Below, piece by piece: positions 11,938 to 23,211 of a stretch of DNA of 64,000 nucleotides; position 1 is the first letter of the stretch; each line of letters opens with the position of its first letter. The stretch is from Naegleria gruberi (Eukaryota). The notes beneath the pieces were generated by a model. It was not told where the DNA came from. It saw only the letters and a program-made list of their open reading frames with translations, and did no database searches. The translations under genes and the position numbers were made by a program. The stretch lies in assembly GCA_000004985.1 (NCBI GenBank), contig GG738898.1; one strand, written 5' to 3'.

Positions 11938-12595
11938 GGCTGGGTCTTGTGATGTTGGTGATACTAATAATATTTCTTTTTTTTACCCTGATATTGTTGT
12001 CGCTCCTATTCTTCTGATTCAACTCCAAAGAGTCTGTTTCAAGCTTGAATGAGATGTAATAATAATAATAAATATTATTAAATTATTAAATTAGTATTAT
12101 CCAAATGGAAAAGAAGTCTTATCAATAAACTACAGTGCTAATCCAAATTTTTGATGATTTGTTTTCTTTTGTGCTATTGATGAGAATTGAAGGGAGTTGG
12201 AAGAACACCGTGATTATAATCAAAAACAACAAAAATATATGAAGTGGTGATAAACACCTAACTAGCTGATGAGGCGATGAAACACACTTTAAAATTGATT
12301 GCTCTCTCACCAATAACAAAGAAGAACAATAAAGAGTTAGACCTCGCTCTGTTGATGATGATTTTTTTCACTCAATTGCCCGAAAATCCTGTTGTTTTTA
12401 TTACTGCAAAAACTTATCAAGATTCCAAATTTATGAATTTATTAAGGAGCACCATAAGAAATGGATCTTCCGAATATTGAATGAATATGTCATTCTGTGG
12501 AGATGCTTCGTACTTTTGAAAATGCACAAGTTTTGGAATAGAGAGTTAGATGATGTACAGTTAGAGAGGTTGTTGAGCTGGCCTGCAGTACTACA

Positions 12596-13474
12596 TTAAT
12601 GGCTAGTATTGATAGAAGTGGAATCAAAGACGTGTTCATTCACTAATTGTTGGTACACTTCCCTCAACCTGTGATATTCCTTAATGCAGAAAATGATAGC
12701 ATGACTCACTTTGGAAATGTCAGATCTCATCAAATCAGATCCAGGTGGTTTTAGTATATTCATCCCCCAAATGAAAGCTAGATTGGATTCTGTCATTCTG
12801 GATGTTTCAATATTTGGTGGTTCTGATATTTTCCGTAAGAGAGAAAGTAAACTGATGAATAGTGATCTATTGCAAGGTGGAAGAGCAATGAAAAGCTTTT
12901 TCATAAATTCTCTGGCTTGTTCTGTATTTTCCATACTCGACAATTTAGTCCAATCATTGTATCCTTCATAGGTCAGAAGTGGATCTGGTAATTCTCTAAT
13001 ATACTTTTTCAGTAAACTTGCAACAGTGTTACAAGAGTAGGTTTTCAAATTTACTACTATTCCCGAGTCTACATCCTTAACAATCTTATCAATTTCCACA
13101 GATGACCCAGGTACTCTGAAAATTCCTTCCTTATCAACAAATTTCTCCAATCTCTCAAAACAGTGATAAGCTATCAGAGGTATTCTGGTAAATTCATTTC
13201 TATCATTGTAGGTTGTTATGGCTTGGTCGTGTTTTTCAATGATGGTTGTTTTTCTTCTGAGTTTTTTCGGTTTGTCTTTCGAGTCGTGTGTTGAAGGTCG
13301 TTCATCTTCCATCTCGAGACATTCCCTTCTCACAACCAGTTCCAGGGATACTTTAAATATGCTCAAATCTAGTGTCAAATCATGATCCTTTTCCCTTGTT
13401 AATAAATCCTGTTTATCGGATGACTTTTTAGAAGATGGCTGCTTGGCAAATAAATTCCTAAAGAATGATATCAT
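12596..13474 (-). CDS. RhoGAP-domain protein
   Basis: RhoGAP signatures GIFRVPGS (arginine finger), LKKYIRELPDPLLT, and NLAFIWGMNIL. The track ORF extends to 13732 from a TTG. First ATG (MISFFRNLF…) is near 13474. The upstream in-frame region is hydrophobic (possible TM), so the true start is uncertain. Confidence 0.65.
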   Translation of the reverse strand: MISFFRNLFAKQPSSKKSSDKQDLLTREKDHDLTLDLSIFKVSLELVVRRECLEMEDERPSTHDSKDKPKKLRRKTTIIEKHDQAITTYNDRNEFTRIPLIAYHCFERLEKFVDKEGIFRVPGSSVEIDKIVKDVDSGIVVNLKTYSCNTVASLLKKYIRELPDPLLTYEGYNDWTKLSSMENTEQAREFMKKLFIALPPCNRSLFISLLSLLRKISEPPNIETSRMTESNLAFIWGMNILKPPGSDLMRSDISKVSHAIIFCIKEYHRLREVYQQLVNEHVFDSTSINTSH

Positions 13475-13786
13475 TGTTGCTATTGCTATTGTTGTTGTTA
13501 AATATATTTGGAAATATTTATGCTGTTGTTGTTGATGATATTGTGGTGGTGTGAAATGGTAGTGTACAATAAAAATCCACACAAGTATCAAATCTAAGAG
13601 TGTAAGAGTGTGTATCAAGAGCACGACGTTAAGACACAGAGAAGGTTGTGTGAGAATTTTTTCCTTTGTGTATATTGAGGTGATAAAATTCGGGGTCGTG
13701 CAAAATAGTGTGATGGATTGGGAAAGAAACAATTATGGACAGTGAATGCATTTGTTGTGGTTCAAGCCGGCTGGCTTGATGGTATT

Positions 13787-16700
13787 CTATCTTTTCTGTT
13801 GCAGTTCGATAAATTTTCGAAGACCTTTAAAGTTGGGAAGTGGCTGAAGTTGGTTGAGGTTTAGCGACCTTAGAATGGAATTGACTTCTGAGAAGTGTAC
13901 ATTTGGAGGGTTGAGTTGAGGTTGGTGATCGAATATGAATGGTTCAATAGTGAGATTTTCACCAAGGTTCAAGTGCAATAAGCATTCATCATTAGGTGTT
14001 GATAGAACCTCAATGAAAGGGAAGATTGAAGAGTGCATAATTCTCTGATGAAGAGAAATCGAAAAAAGGAAAATTCCATTCATGGTGAAGTAAACCTCAC
14101 CTTGCTCTGTCAAACCACATCCAATTGTATCTCCACAATGTGCAATTATTTCCAATTCCTTATAAAGTATTTCCTTTTTATCGGCAGACATTATACAGCC
14201 GAATCCTTCCTGTGCCTGAAATGCATATTTTCTATCAACACAATTATTCTCACTAATGTTTGATCTGGCCATCAGTCCAATAGAAACCTTGGAGGATATC
14301 AATCGATGGATTTGAACTTCATAGTAGAATACAGTTTTCATGGAGGGTTTTCTAATGTTGGCAGATGGATTACCAAATCGCCTAGTTTCTGCAATTTCTG
14401 GTTGGAAAAAGAAGAGAGAATCTTTGGTGGTTAGTGACATTTTGGTAGCTCTAGAAGAAACAAAGTGTAGAGTTCGTTCATTATCCAATACCTTGAGTGG
14501 TGATCCTTGAAGATTTACAAGGTGTGAAAAATCTGCTTTGGTTTCAATAGGTACTGGACTATAGTTTCCAAGGTAGTGGTTGATGAGCTCTTTTTCATTT
14601 CCAAGAGTACTGTTTGGATGGTTATCAAAGTGGAAAACCTTGATATCGTTAGGATTCAAATTGTTACAGAGTAAATGATAAATCAATGTTTGTCTATCAA
14701 CGTAGGAGTAATTTTTCAAAAGGCCGAAAGTTAACAGACCACTACCGGTTGGAATGAGATAGTACATGCTATTTGGAAGTCCACATACATTATTATCTCC
14801 AACTATTGCCCCGAATTTCGTATTTCCAATTGTATGGTAGGTTGTAAACTTTTCAAGACTGAAGAAATCATAGAGGAAATTATTCATTACTCCTAGTACT
14901 CTATCTGCAGCACTCTCATCACCAGTGTCAAGAGCCAAGTTCAGTATCTTGGCAAGTTTTTGCCACACTGGTTTGATGATTGCTCTTCTGTGATGGAAAG
15001 GAATCTCATTGAAAACCTCGACTAGTATTGGCTCGATATTGTAATTTGGAGAAAGTAGAGTGGCATAGCCTGGTTCAATGAGTGAAATGTATGTATAGAT
15101 TCCTCTCAATAATTGAGTCTTTTTCTCTGAAAGTGGATCTGAAGATCTGCCAATTTTGCTTTGATTTCTTTCGAGCCACAAACAATAACCAACACGAGTT
15201 GACTTGTCATATTTGCAAAGGAAGAAGATTATTTTCAAGCAGGAAAGGGTGAAGAAAAATTCTGGACTATGGAAAACCTTGGCATGGATAAAATTCAAAA
15301 TACAAGTTGTGGAATATCTTCCCAATTCGTCAACAAGTAAGGAGGAGGTTTCATTTCTCATTTCTCTGATTATTCTCTTAATGTGTCTCTTATCTGTTTG
15401 ATTGTCATAGTATGTGAGTACTTGAGAAATTATACTCAGTGTGCTCTTGAAAATCTCATCATACATCTCATTCAACTCTACACTTGACTCTGTGTGAGCT
15501 CGATCTGAGAATAATTTTCTGGAAATGTAGAACATCAAAACGGGGAGGACTCTATACTCTGACATTAATTCGCAACATTTCTGCCGTAATTTTTCATTGG
15601 AGAGCAAGTCTTTCATGCCAAGAATGGATTTCTTAACAAAAAGACTGCTTGTGTCAAGTCCACTCAAAAATCCTAACAAGGATTCCGGCTTACTGAGAAT
15701 ATTCAACAATTGAGATGAGTCATTCTCAAAGATGAATCTCCATGTTTGTATGACTGGGTGTTCTAATAGTTCAGCTGCACTTTTTCTTTCCTCCCTAGCA
15801 CACACCATCATTTTCACAATTCTTTTTGATCCAATGTCAAATACATGTTCATGAATAAACTCAAAGTAGTGATTCGAACGCATAAATAACCAAAAGTCAA
15901 TATTATACCGTCTTGCTCTTTGATCGATTAATTGTTGGAAATCCTTCACAGTTAAAGTAGCCGAAACTTGCATAAAGATAATTCCTAGACTGTAAACATC
16001 AACTTTGTAATCATATTCAGCTCCAGGTTTAACCTCAGGAGCAACATAGGCCCGAGTACCACAAATAGTTGATGTAGAGTTTTGATGAACAAGTTGCTTA
16101 GCAAGACCAAAATCAATAATTTTCAAAGTAATCTTTCTAATTTCTTCCTCAAAATTATTCTTTAAATTATCAGAATCATATTGCACAATAATGTTTTGCG
16201 GTTTCAAATCTCTGTGAATAACCTTATTTTGATGGAGATAATTCATGACTTCGAGTAATTTGATGAACCATGAGAATCTGACATCCATGGTCAAAGTTTT
16301 GAGACCCTTACTTTCCTTTGTAATTTCATTCAAATCAGAAATAAACTGATCCAATATTTTACCACTACAATATTCCATAAGAATGCAGTAGTATCTCTTG
16401 TTAATGTCCATGAATGAGTCATAATATTTCACAATATTTGGATGATCCAGCATCATCATTAATTTCACTTCCTTTTCCTGATAGTCATTGATTGTGATTC
16501 TTTTTAGAGCAAAAATTCTATTGGTTCCAACTTGGACAACTCTGAATACAGTTCCATAAGATCCTTCTCCTAACTGCTCAAGTAGTTGGAAGGATTTTGT
16601 TTTCTTGNNNNNNNNNNNNNNNNNNNNNNNNNNNNNNNNNNNNNNNNNNNNNNNNNNATCGAAAGAGTTTGCGTTTCCGTTCATTACAAAATTCTTTTGG

Positions 16701-17941
16701 AAATTTGATGATGAATGAGATTTCTTTGAGGAGTGAGTTTTGCTTGTTTCAGAAGGTTTCGTCTCAATTTCTGATAGGCCCATGAGATCATACTCATCAT
16801 CATTGTCTGCAGTACTTCTTCTACCATCTTGAGGTTCGGATTTACCAGATCCCTCATCACTCACAAACAGAACATCACTATTGAAATCATGATTAACTTG
16901 TTGCTGAGGATTGGATGTAGTAGAAGGTTTAGATGCATGTAAAAATGCATTACTTTTAAAAGGTGAAGATCCAAAATCAATATCCATCTCATCAAATTCA
17001 TCCTGTGTTATTGGTGTGATCATGAAATTAGGTGTCGTGTTTTGAACTGGTTGTTGGATTGGTGAATGTATTGTATTAATGTTGAACGATCCAAAATTCT
17101 GATCAATATCATACCTCTCATCATCGTCGTCATCAATGAGATCGAACGATTCGAGGGCATCGTTTGGATTTGGCTTTTTAGGCACTGAGCTATAAGCAGG
17201 AGTTACACTAAAAGCAGGTGAAATTACAGAGATAGGTTGAGAATTTTTTGAAGACATGAATTCATCATCATCCTCATCGTCTTCCTCAATAACGAAAGAA
17301 TCGACTAGTTTCGTATTGGCAAGATTACTTCTTATTGTTCCTGTTGTCGAATATGAATTTGATGGAGATGGAACATAACTATTCGAAGGAGATTGAACAT
17401 ACAATGGAGATGGAGTAAACGTGAGAGGCACTTGTGGATAGTTATGATGATTGTGAAATTGACTCGGAAAATATGCTTGTTGTTGGTTTGTATTTACATT
17501 TCTCGTATTATTATGTTGTTGATGATTAAGAAAGAGAGGTGGAGATGATGATGTAGTATTTGTTTGTGGAAAACCATTTTGATTCGGCTGTTGTTGATTA
17601 GAATTTGGATGGAACACAAAATTATTATTCATCATGAATGGTGGCAATGTTTGACCGCCATTCATCATTTGATTATTGCCAATCAATGGAGAACCCATCA
17701 TTATTCTCGTGTTCGGTGAAGAAGCAGGTGAAGAAGTATTCGAATCTGCAGAGTTTCGTCCATTCATCGAAGGAGACGATGAAGGAGAAACTAGAATAGC
17801 CTTCCTCCTCTGTCTTCCACCTCCTACCTTTGGACTTGATGAATTAGGTGGTGATATCGAAGAAGCTCCTCCTCCACTTGATGATGACGAAGGCTGTATG
17901 AAATTCCTATTCGGTGATGTTGGATATCCATTCATGATCAT
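13787..17941 (-). CDS. NEK-like Ser/Thr protein kinase, about 1384 aa, with low-complexity N-terminus and large C-terminal region
   Basis: ATG at 17941 (MIMNGYP…). Kinase core LGEGSYGTVF…ALKRI…HPNIVKYYDSF…HRDLKPQNII…DFGLAK…GTRAYVAPE. The N-terminus is rich in Ser/Asn/Gln/Pro. A 50-nt N gap (16608..16657) lies inside the CDS just upstream of the kinase domain. Ends in TAG. Confidence 0.7.
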   Translation of the reverse strand: MIMNGYPTSPNRNFIQPSSSSSGGGASSISPPNSSSPKVGGGRQRRKAILVSPSSSPSMNGRNSADSNTSSPASSPNTRIMMGSPLIGNNQMMNGGQTLPPFMMNNNFVFHPNSNQQQPNQNGFPQTNTTSSSPPLFLNHQQHNNTRNVNTNQQQAYFPSQFHNHHNYPQVPLTFTPSPLYVQSPSNSYVPSPSNSYSTTGTIRSNLANTKLVDSFVIEEDDEDDDEFMSSKNSQPISVISPAFSVTPAYSSVPKKPNPNDALESFDLIDDDDDERYDIDQNFGSFNINTIHSPIQQPVQNTTPNFMITPITQDEFDEMDIDFGSSPFKSNAFLHASKPSTTSNPQQQVNHDFNSDVLFVSDEGSGKSEPQDGRRSTADNDDEYDLMGLSEIETKPSETSKTHSSKKSHSSSNFQKNFVMNGNANSFDXXXXXXXXXXXXXXXXXKKTKSFQLLEQLGEGSYGTVFRVVQVGTNRIFALKRITINDYQEKEVKLMMMLDHPNIVKYYDSFMDINKRYYCILMEYCSGKILDQFISDLNEITKESKGLKTLTMDVRFSWFIKLLEVMNYLHQNKVIHRDLKPQNIIVQYDSDNLKNNFEEEIRKITLKIIDFGLAKQLVHQNSTSTICGTRAYVAPEVKPGAEYDYKVDVYSLGIIFMQVSATLTVKDFQQLIDQRARRYNIDFWLFMRSNHYFEFIHEHVFDIGSKRIVKMMVCAREERKSAAELLEHPVIQTWRFIFENDSSQLLNILSKPESLLGFLSGLDTSSLFVKKSILGMKDLLSNEKLRQKCCELMSEYRVLPVLMFYISRKLFSDRAHTESSVELNEMYDEIFKSTLSIISQVLTYYDNQTDKRHIKRIIREMRNETSSLLVDELGRYSTTCILNFIHAKVFHSPEFFFTLSCLKIIFFLCKYDKSTRVGYCLWLERNQSKIGRSSDPLSEKKTQLLRGIYTYISLIEPGYATLLSPNYNIEPILVEVFNEIPFHHRRAIIKPVWQKLAKILNLALDTGDESAADRVLGVMNNFLYDFFSLEKFTTYHTIGNTKFGAIVGDNNVCGLPNSMYYLIPTGSGLLTFGLLKNYSYVDRQTLIYHLLCNNLNPNDIKVFHFDNHPNSTLGNEKELINHYLGNYSPVPIETKADFSHLVNLQGSPLKVLDNERTLHFVSSRATKMSLTTKDSLFFFQPEIAETRRFGNPSANIRKPSMKTVFYYEVQIHRLISSKVSIGLMARSNISENNCVDRKYAFQAQEGFGCIMSADKKEILYKELEIIAHCGDTIGCGLTEQGEVYFTMNGIFLFSISLHQRIMHSSIFPFIEVLSTPNDECLLHLNLGENLTIEPFIFDHQPQLNPPNVHFSEVNSILRSLNLNQLQPLPNFKGLRKFIELQQKR

Positions 17942-18744
17942 ATATGTAGGTTGATGATTTAGAGGTGATTTGTATTATAATTATTAATTATTAATTATTA
18001 ATTATTATGAATATTAAAATTATTATCGTGATTGAGATCAAATTAAGAAGGATTCGGCTGATGAGTTTTTTCAAGTTCTTGATTGGGTTTGATTGGGTTG
18101 ATAAAGTTATTGTCCCAATTATTGATGATGAATGGATAAATGAAGATGATGAAGATCCGACGTTTGTTGTTAGATCCAATTAATAAATTGCTTATAACAA
18201 CAATAAATTTCTGTGTTTCTCTGACTGCTACTTGAAATAATAATATTGTTGGTGTTTGATGACAAGAGCACTTGCCCAATTTTCTTCATTTGGCTTCAAA
18301 TGTTTCTTGTTCGTATTTTCTTCCACTTCTTGCTGGTTCTTGTTGTTGGTTATAATCGATTGATTGCTTGTTCAATCCTCTTCTATTGTTGATGAAGAGA
18401 GGACTAACTGGAAGGAACTGTTGCGTATGTCGGTTTTTTATGTGTTTTCTTTTGGAAGGTCACAATTATTTTCTAATGTTAGTGTTGAAAGGTTTAGTTT
18501 ATTAGATAATAATACAAACTAATTTCCAATGTTCAGCCCTGGTCGAAACTCCATCAATTAAAACTGGATCCTCTGAAACCATCACGACAACTTGAGGTTC
18601 CTGATATTAAGATCAATGCTTTTGTGTCTTTGGCCAATCAACCAAATCAAAGAATCTCATTCCCTTACAAAAGCATTTGATGGAGGTGGATCTTGTTAAC
18701 AACTAAAAATAATTTTTAAATAATTAAATCAAACTATTCAATAT

Positions 18745-20271
18745 TTATTCATCCTTAGCTTCCTTCTTTACGAATGCTTGCTTCTTTTTGTGATGGTTTC
18801 TTCTCTTATTTGGTTGTTTTTGTTCACCTCCTTCTGTTGTGGCTGTAGTGGTAGCAGTGGAAGATGAAGCTGAGCTAGTTGTTGACTCACTCTTTTCTGT
18901 TGAGCTAGATGCTCCCTTTTGTGTTGCAGGAGCCTTAGTATGATGCTTGGATGGTTTCTTTCCATTTGATGTTGATGTTGTTGCTACAGGTGTGGATTTA
19001 TCACCAAGTTGCTTAATATAGTTAAGAATATCTTTAGAGAACTTTCCCCATTCTTTATCTCCAATATCCAATTCCTTTCTCAAGGCTTTTTCGTCTGTGA
19101 GTGATAATCCTCTTTGTTTCATCTTCAAGACAGCATCTTTAACTTGACCCTTTTTGACATCATCAAATTTTTGCCAGTGAACTTCTTCGACATCAGCAGA
19201 CTTGACTTTGTACATGTTACGAGTAACAAGATAACCTTCAGAGTCCAACAAATATAATACATGGCCTTCAATGGCAAAGTGTTCATACTCATACTTGTGT
19301 TTAAGATTGTGTTGCTTTCTATACTCTTCATTCATCTTCAAGCTATCAGCTTGGAGCATCTTGCACAATTTCACACAACTGGCATGGGATTGATATGGAT
19401 AATACTTGATTGGACCAAATTCTTCCATTCCCTTAACTTTCATACATGGCTTGATCTTACCATTGGAGAACCCATAGAATAGTGGCTTCAAATCAACTCC
19501 AAATTCATATTTAACCAAGTGAGGAAGAGTGTTACCACAAACTTCGAATGAAATGCATTGAACACTTGGATTATTTAAAAATTCTTGAATATGAGGACTG
19601 TAGTGTGGATTGGCTGTATCATTGTGAATCTTGAGCAATTCATCTCTCAAACTCAATTCTTCATACTTTCCGATAAATTGATCCAAATGCAATGCAGTTA
19701 AAGTACTCGATAAAAAGTTACCAAAATCAGTGTCTGTCAATGTTGGCATACCCTTGGTCTTACCACTGATATATTCATTACCATCCTTATCATGATATTT
19801 AAACAAGAGAATATTGGTTCCATTCCACTTTTCGGAAATGTAATAAGAATCAATTTTTTCTTCCTCTTCAAACTTTTCAACATAATTATCAAAAGACTTA
19901 TTGTAGGCATATTTAAGCTTTGGTGTGGCATAGATGAATTCTCTCTTATCTGTTGTTTCATCCTTCAATGATTGTCCGTTTACACTGACAACATACAAAC
20001 TACCTCCAATTGGTCCATCACGCTTGCAAATAAATCCAAAGATTGATTGCTTATCCAAAATACTAAAAGAACGAACATCAAACTTTGGAGATTTGCACTT
20101 GAATACATTAAAGCAAACATCCTTGGTCTCGGAATACTCTGGAATAAATCTTTGTTTTTTCAAACCTGTTCCATCTTGTGCTTCATCTTCAGCTGTTTGT
20201 TCTTCCTCTTCTTTTTGTTCTTCAGCCGATGATGATGATGCTGCTAATTGTTGTTGTTCTACTTCAGACAT
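18745..20271 (-). CDS. Rnl2-family ATP-dependent RNA ligase, paralog A (intronless, about 508 aa, acidic/Ser-rich N-terminal extension)
   Basis: Nucleotidyltransferase motifs aligned to T4 Rnl2. Motif I is EKWNGTN (Rnl2 EKIHGTN; Lys is the adenylation site). SGKTKGMPTLTDTDFGNF matches AKRTGPILPAEDFFGY. Motif III ISFEVCGN matches QVFGEFAG. Motif IV IEGHVLYL matches AEGYVLKP. Motif V MYKVKS matches VAIKCKN. The Rnl2-type C-domain signature DKEWGKFSKDILNYIKQ matches PKDFGKVMGLTVQDIL. First ATG (MSEVEQQQ) is near 20271; the track start at 20361 is TTG. My own coordinate count put the stop one base lower than the track. Confidence 0.7.
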   Translation of the reverse strand: MSEVEQQQLAASSSSAEEQKEEEEQTAEDEAQDGTGLKKQRFIPEYSETKDVCFNVFKCKSPKFDVRSFSILDKQSIFGFICKRDGPIGGSLYVVSVNGQSLKDETTDKREFIYATPKLKYAYNKSFDNYVEKFEEEEKIDSYYISEKWNGTNILLFKYHDKDGNEYISGKTKGMPTLTDTDFGNFLSSTLTALHLDQFIGKYEELSLRDELLKIHNDTANPHYSPHIQEFLNNPSVQCISFEVCGNTLPHLVKYEFGVDLKPLFYGFSNGKIKPCMKVKGMEEFGPIKYYPYQSHASCVKLCKMLQADSLKMNEEYRKQHNLKHKYEYEHFAIEGHVLYLLDSEGYLVTRNMYKVKSADVEEVHWQKFDDVKKGQVKDAVLKMKQRGLSLTDEKALRKELDIGDKEWGKFSKDILNYIKQLGDKSTPVATTSTSNGKKPSKHHTKAPATQKGASSSTEKSESTTSSASSSTATTTATTEGGEQKQPNKRRNHHKKKQAFVKKEAKDE

Positions 20272-20547
20272 TATTCTTTTGGTTCTTAAGACGATCGATA
20301 TCGTTGTATTTTTTTTAATGTAATTGGAATCATCATGAAGACTTCTTATGAACTTGTTCAAGATGACGGTTCAAAGTCAGAGATGCACAAAATTGCAGCG
20401 TAAAGGGAAATGGTGAGGCATGCAAATTTTAGAGTAAACTTCAAAAGATTGCAAAAACAAAGTGAGTGATTATAATAGAAAATGATGCATTTTCAAAGAC
20501 AGAGTTTATGTACATGAATGAGGATTTGTTTAATAGAGTATTTACAT

Positions 20548-22281
20548 TTATTCTTCATCATTTTCAACTTCGACAATATTTTCATCATCCACAAGTACGT
20601 CCATGACATCTTCAACATCTTCGACCTTTTCTTCAGTAAAGATCATTTGCTTTTCTGCCAAGTTTCTATAGATACCTTGTGGAATCTTAATGAGCTCGCT
20701 GTGAGTGCCCTTTTCTTTCATGACACCCTTAACTAAGACACAGATAACATCTGAATTAATGACAGTTGTCAATCTGTGAGCAATACAAATGGTTGTTCTT
20801 CCCTTCATCAATTCATCCAAAGCAGCTTGAACTAATCTTTCAGATTCAGTATCGAGAGCAGATGTGGCTTCATCCAATAAGAGAATCTTTGGATCTTGCA
20901 AGAGAGCTCTTGCAATGGCAATTCTTTGTTTTTGACCACCAGACAAGGAAACACCCTTTTCACCCAAAATAGTGTCATACTTTTCAGGCAAATCCATAAT
21001 AAAGCTGTGAGCATTAGCTCTCTTGGCAGCATTTTCAACTTGTTCCATGGTGACAACTTTACCAGATTCGACACTATCATTAGGACCTAACAAGGCATAG
21101 GCAATGTTATATTTGATTGTTCCAGCAAATAATACAGGTTCTTGTGAGACAATACCCAAACAATTTCTGTGCAACCACATTGGATCGAGCTCAGCAACAT
21201 CAACTCCATCAATCTTAATTGTACCCTTATTTGGAGTATAGAATTTTTCTAAAAGACCTACAATGGTTGACTTGCCTGAACCTGATGGACCAACCAAAGC
21301 AATTTGTTGACCAGATTTGATATCCAAACTGAAATCAGTCATGACATTAGTATTTGGACGAGATGGGTAAGCGAAATCAACTCCAGTAATTTCAATATCA
21401 CCCTTAACTTGTTCAATCTTCTTACCACCCATGAATGGAATGGCTGGTTCTCNNNNNNNNNNNNNNNNNNNNNNNNNNNNNNNNNNNNNNNNNNNNNNNN
21501 NNGACATTGTATGTGAGAACAGAAAGTAAGTGGTGAGGTACTGACAAGAATGAGAGCCATTCTCCAATTGACAGTCATACTCAAAATGAAACCAACAATA
21601 AATTGAATGATTTCTTGCATGAAAATGAAGAATTCGTTTGTGTAAACATCTTGAATCTTTGGAATATCTTCACTGAGAACTACAGTGACACTACCAATCT
21701 TCTTAATATCGAAGAAACTCATTTCTTGTTTAGCCAATGCTGACATGTAAGCTCTTCTCATTGAAGTTCCCAATCTGGCATTTGACAATTGCAAGAAGAA
21801 ATGTTGCATACCGAAAGCAGCCATACCACAGAATGTAAGAATAGTGAGCTTTTTACAGAGATCGTCAACTGCTTCATAAGCAAGAGCTGTTTTCTGTTCT
21901 GTTGTTAAGGTTGATGATGTGGCATTTGCAAAACTGTCAATCAAATCTCCCAAAATATATTGAACAACTAGAATAAGGTTAATACTATTTGAAATTCGAA
22001 TACTATTACTACATACTAATAGGAATCAAACCATAAGCCATTGCACCAATACATCCAATAGCGATCAGTAAACAATTCCATCCAAAAATTCTCAACATGT
22101 GTAAATGAGAGAAGAAACCAATCTTTGGTTCTCTGTCATCTTTGATTTCATCACCAACTGGTTGTTGTTTCTTTGATTTCTTTGAAGTGTCATCTCTTTT
22201 TCTTCTCCTAATGATACGTTGTCTTCTTGTTGGTTGTTGCACTTCTTCCTTATTTTCAGGATTATCACTTTGAGCTGGCAT
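20548..22281 (-). CDS. ABCB-type (MDR/TAP-like) half-transporter, TMD plus NBD; partial because of an internal 50-nt N gap
   Basis: Exon 1 22281..22017 (MPAQSDNPENKEE…AYGLIPI). 49-nt intron GTATGT…TCTAG at 21968..22016. Exon 2 runs from 21967. The TMD is …GDLIDSF… plus transmembrane helices. The N gap 21453..21502 falls between TMD and NBD. The NBD has Walker A GPSGSGKST, signature LSGGQKQRIAIARAL, Walker B ILLLDEATSALD and H-loop IAHRL. Ends in TAA. Confidence 0.75.
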
Positions 22282-23211
22282 GTTGAAATTCTCTCGAGTC
22301 TGTTATGTTTACTAATAAATTAAATGTTGATGATTATATATACAATATGAACACACGAGCTGATTAAGCACTTGTTGTTGTTTGTTTTTTTTCAATTTGA
22401 ATATTGGAGTTGTTCTATCTTCGCTTTTGATTTAAATGTTTCATCTAATGTGCGAAAAGAGAGTCACGACAATCAGTACAAATTGGTAAACAGTCCCATA
22501 ACTGAGGCAGTTGTAAATTGTGTCCTGCAGAAGCAAGTGAAAACAGTTAGAAGCCTCGATTCTTTTGTGGATTCTTCCTACGATTGACTGCAGGAAGAAT
22601 AAAAAAACCTCAATATTAGTTGACAATTATTGAAAAGAGATGATATCCATGTTATCTACAACATTCAATATATTTCGATACCTTCTCTTCCTCAATAATA
22701 AAACCCTCTAATGCGCATCAAAACAACTGAGAATAGCACATAACTATGCTCTCATCGATTTAATCGAAGTAGGACAAATAATTTTCTAAACGACCTATGA
22801 AGAGAATCTTGCATTTTCTAACCGAGAGGACGTGCAAACTTTTTACGAGGGAAATTTAAAAAACTATGAAAGAGGGGTTTTAGAAAACTATAAAACCGAA
22901 CAAGGTCATATTACTTCCGAAACGCGAATTGAAAATGCCATAGGATAAAGATGGACTACTAACCATATTGAGTATTTGTCCAGAAGAAATGCAATGTTTG
23001 AGGACCTTATCCTCATCCATTAATGCAAGATGATGATGATTAAGGTGTTATTGTCGTAAAAGTTATCCATGCCAATCCATGTTTGATTCTAATAACCATA
23101 AACTAATGTTCAGCACTTAATCAATTTTATTTGCCGTTATCGCTTTGCCTCAGTCTTTGAAATGAAAACAAAATGATTTGAGATTTGTGAAATTTTAACC
23201 ATATTTGAAGT

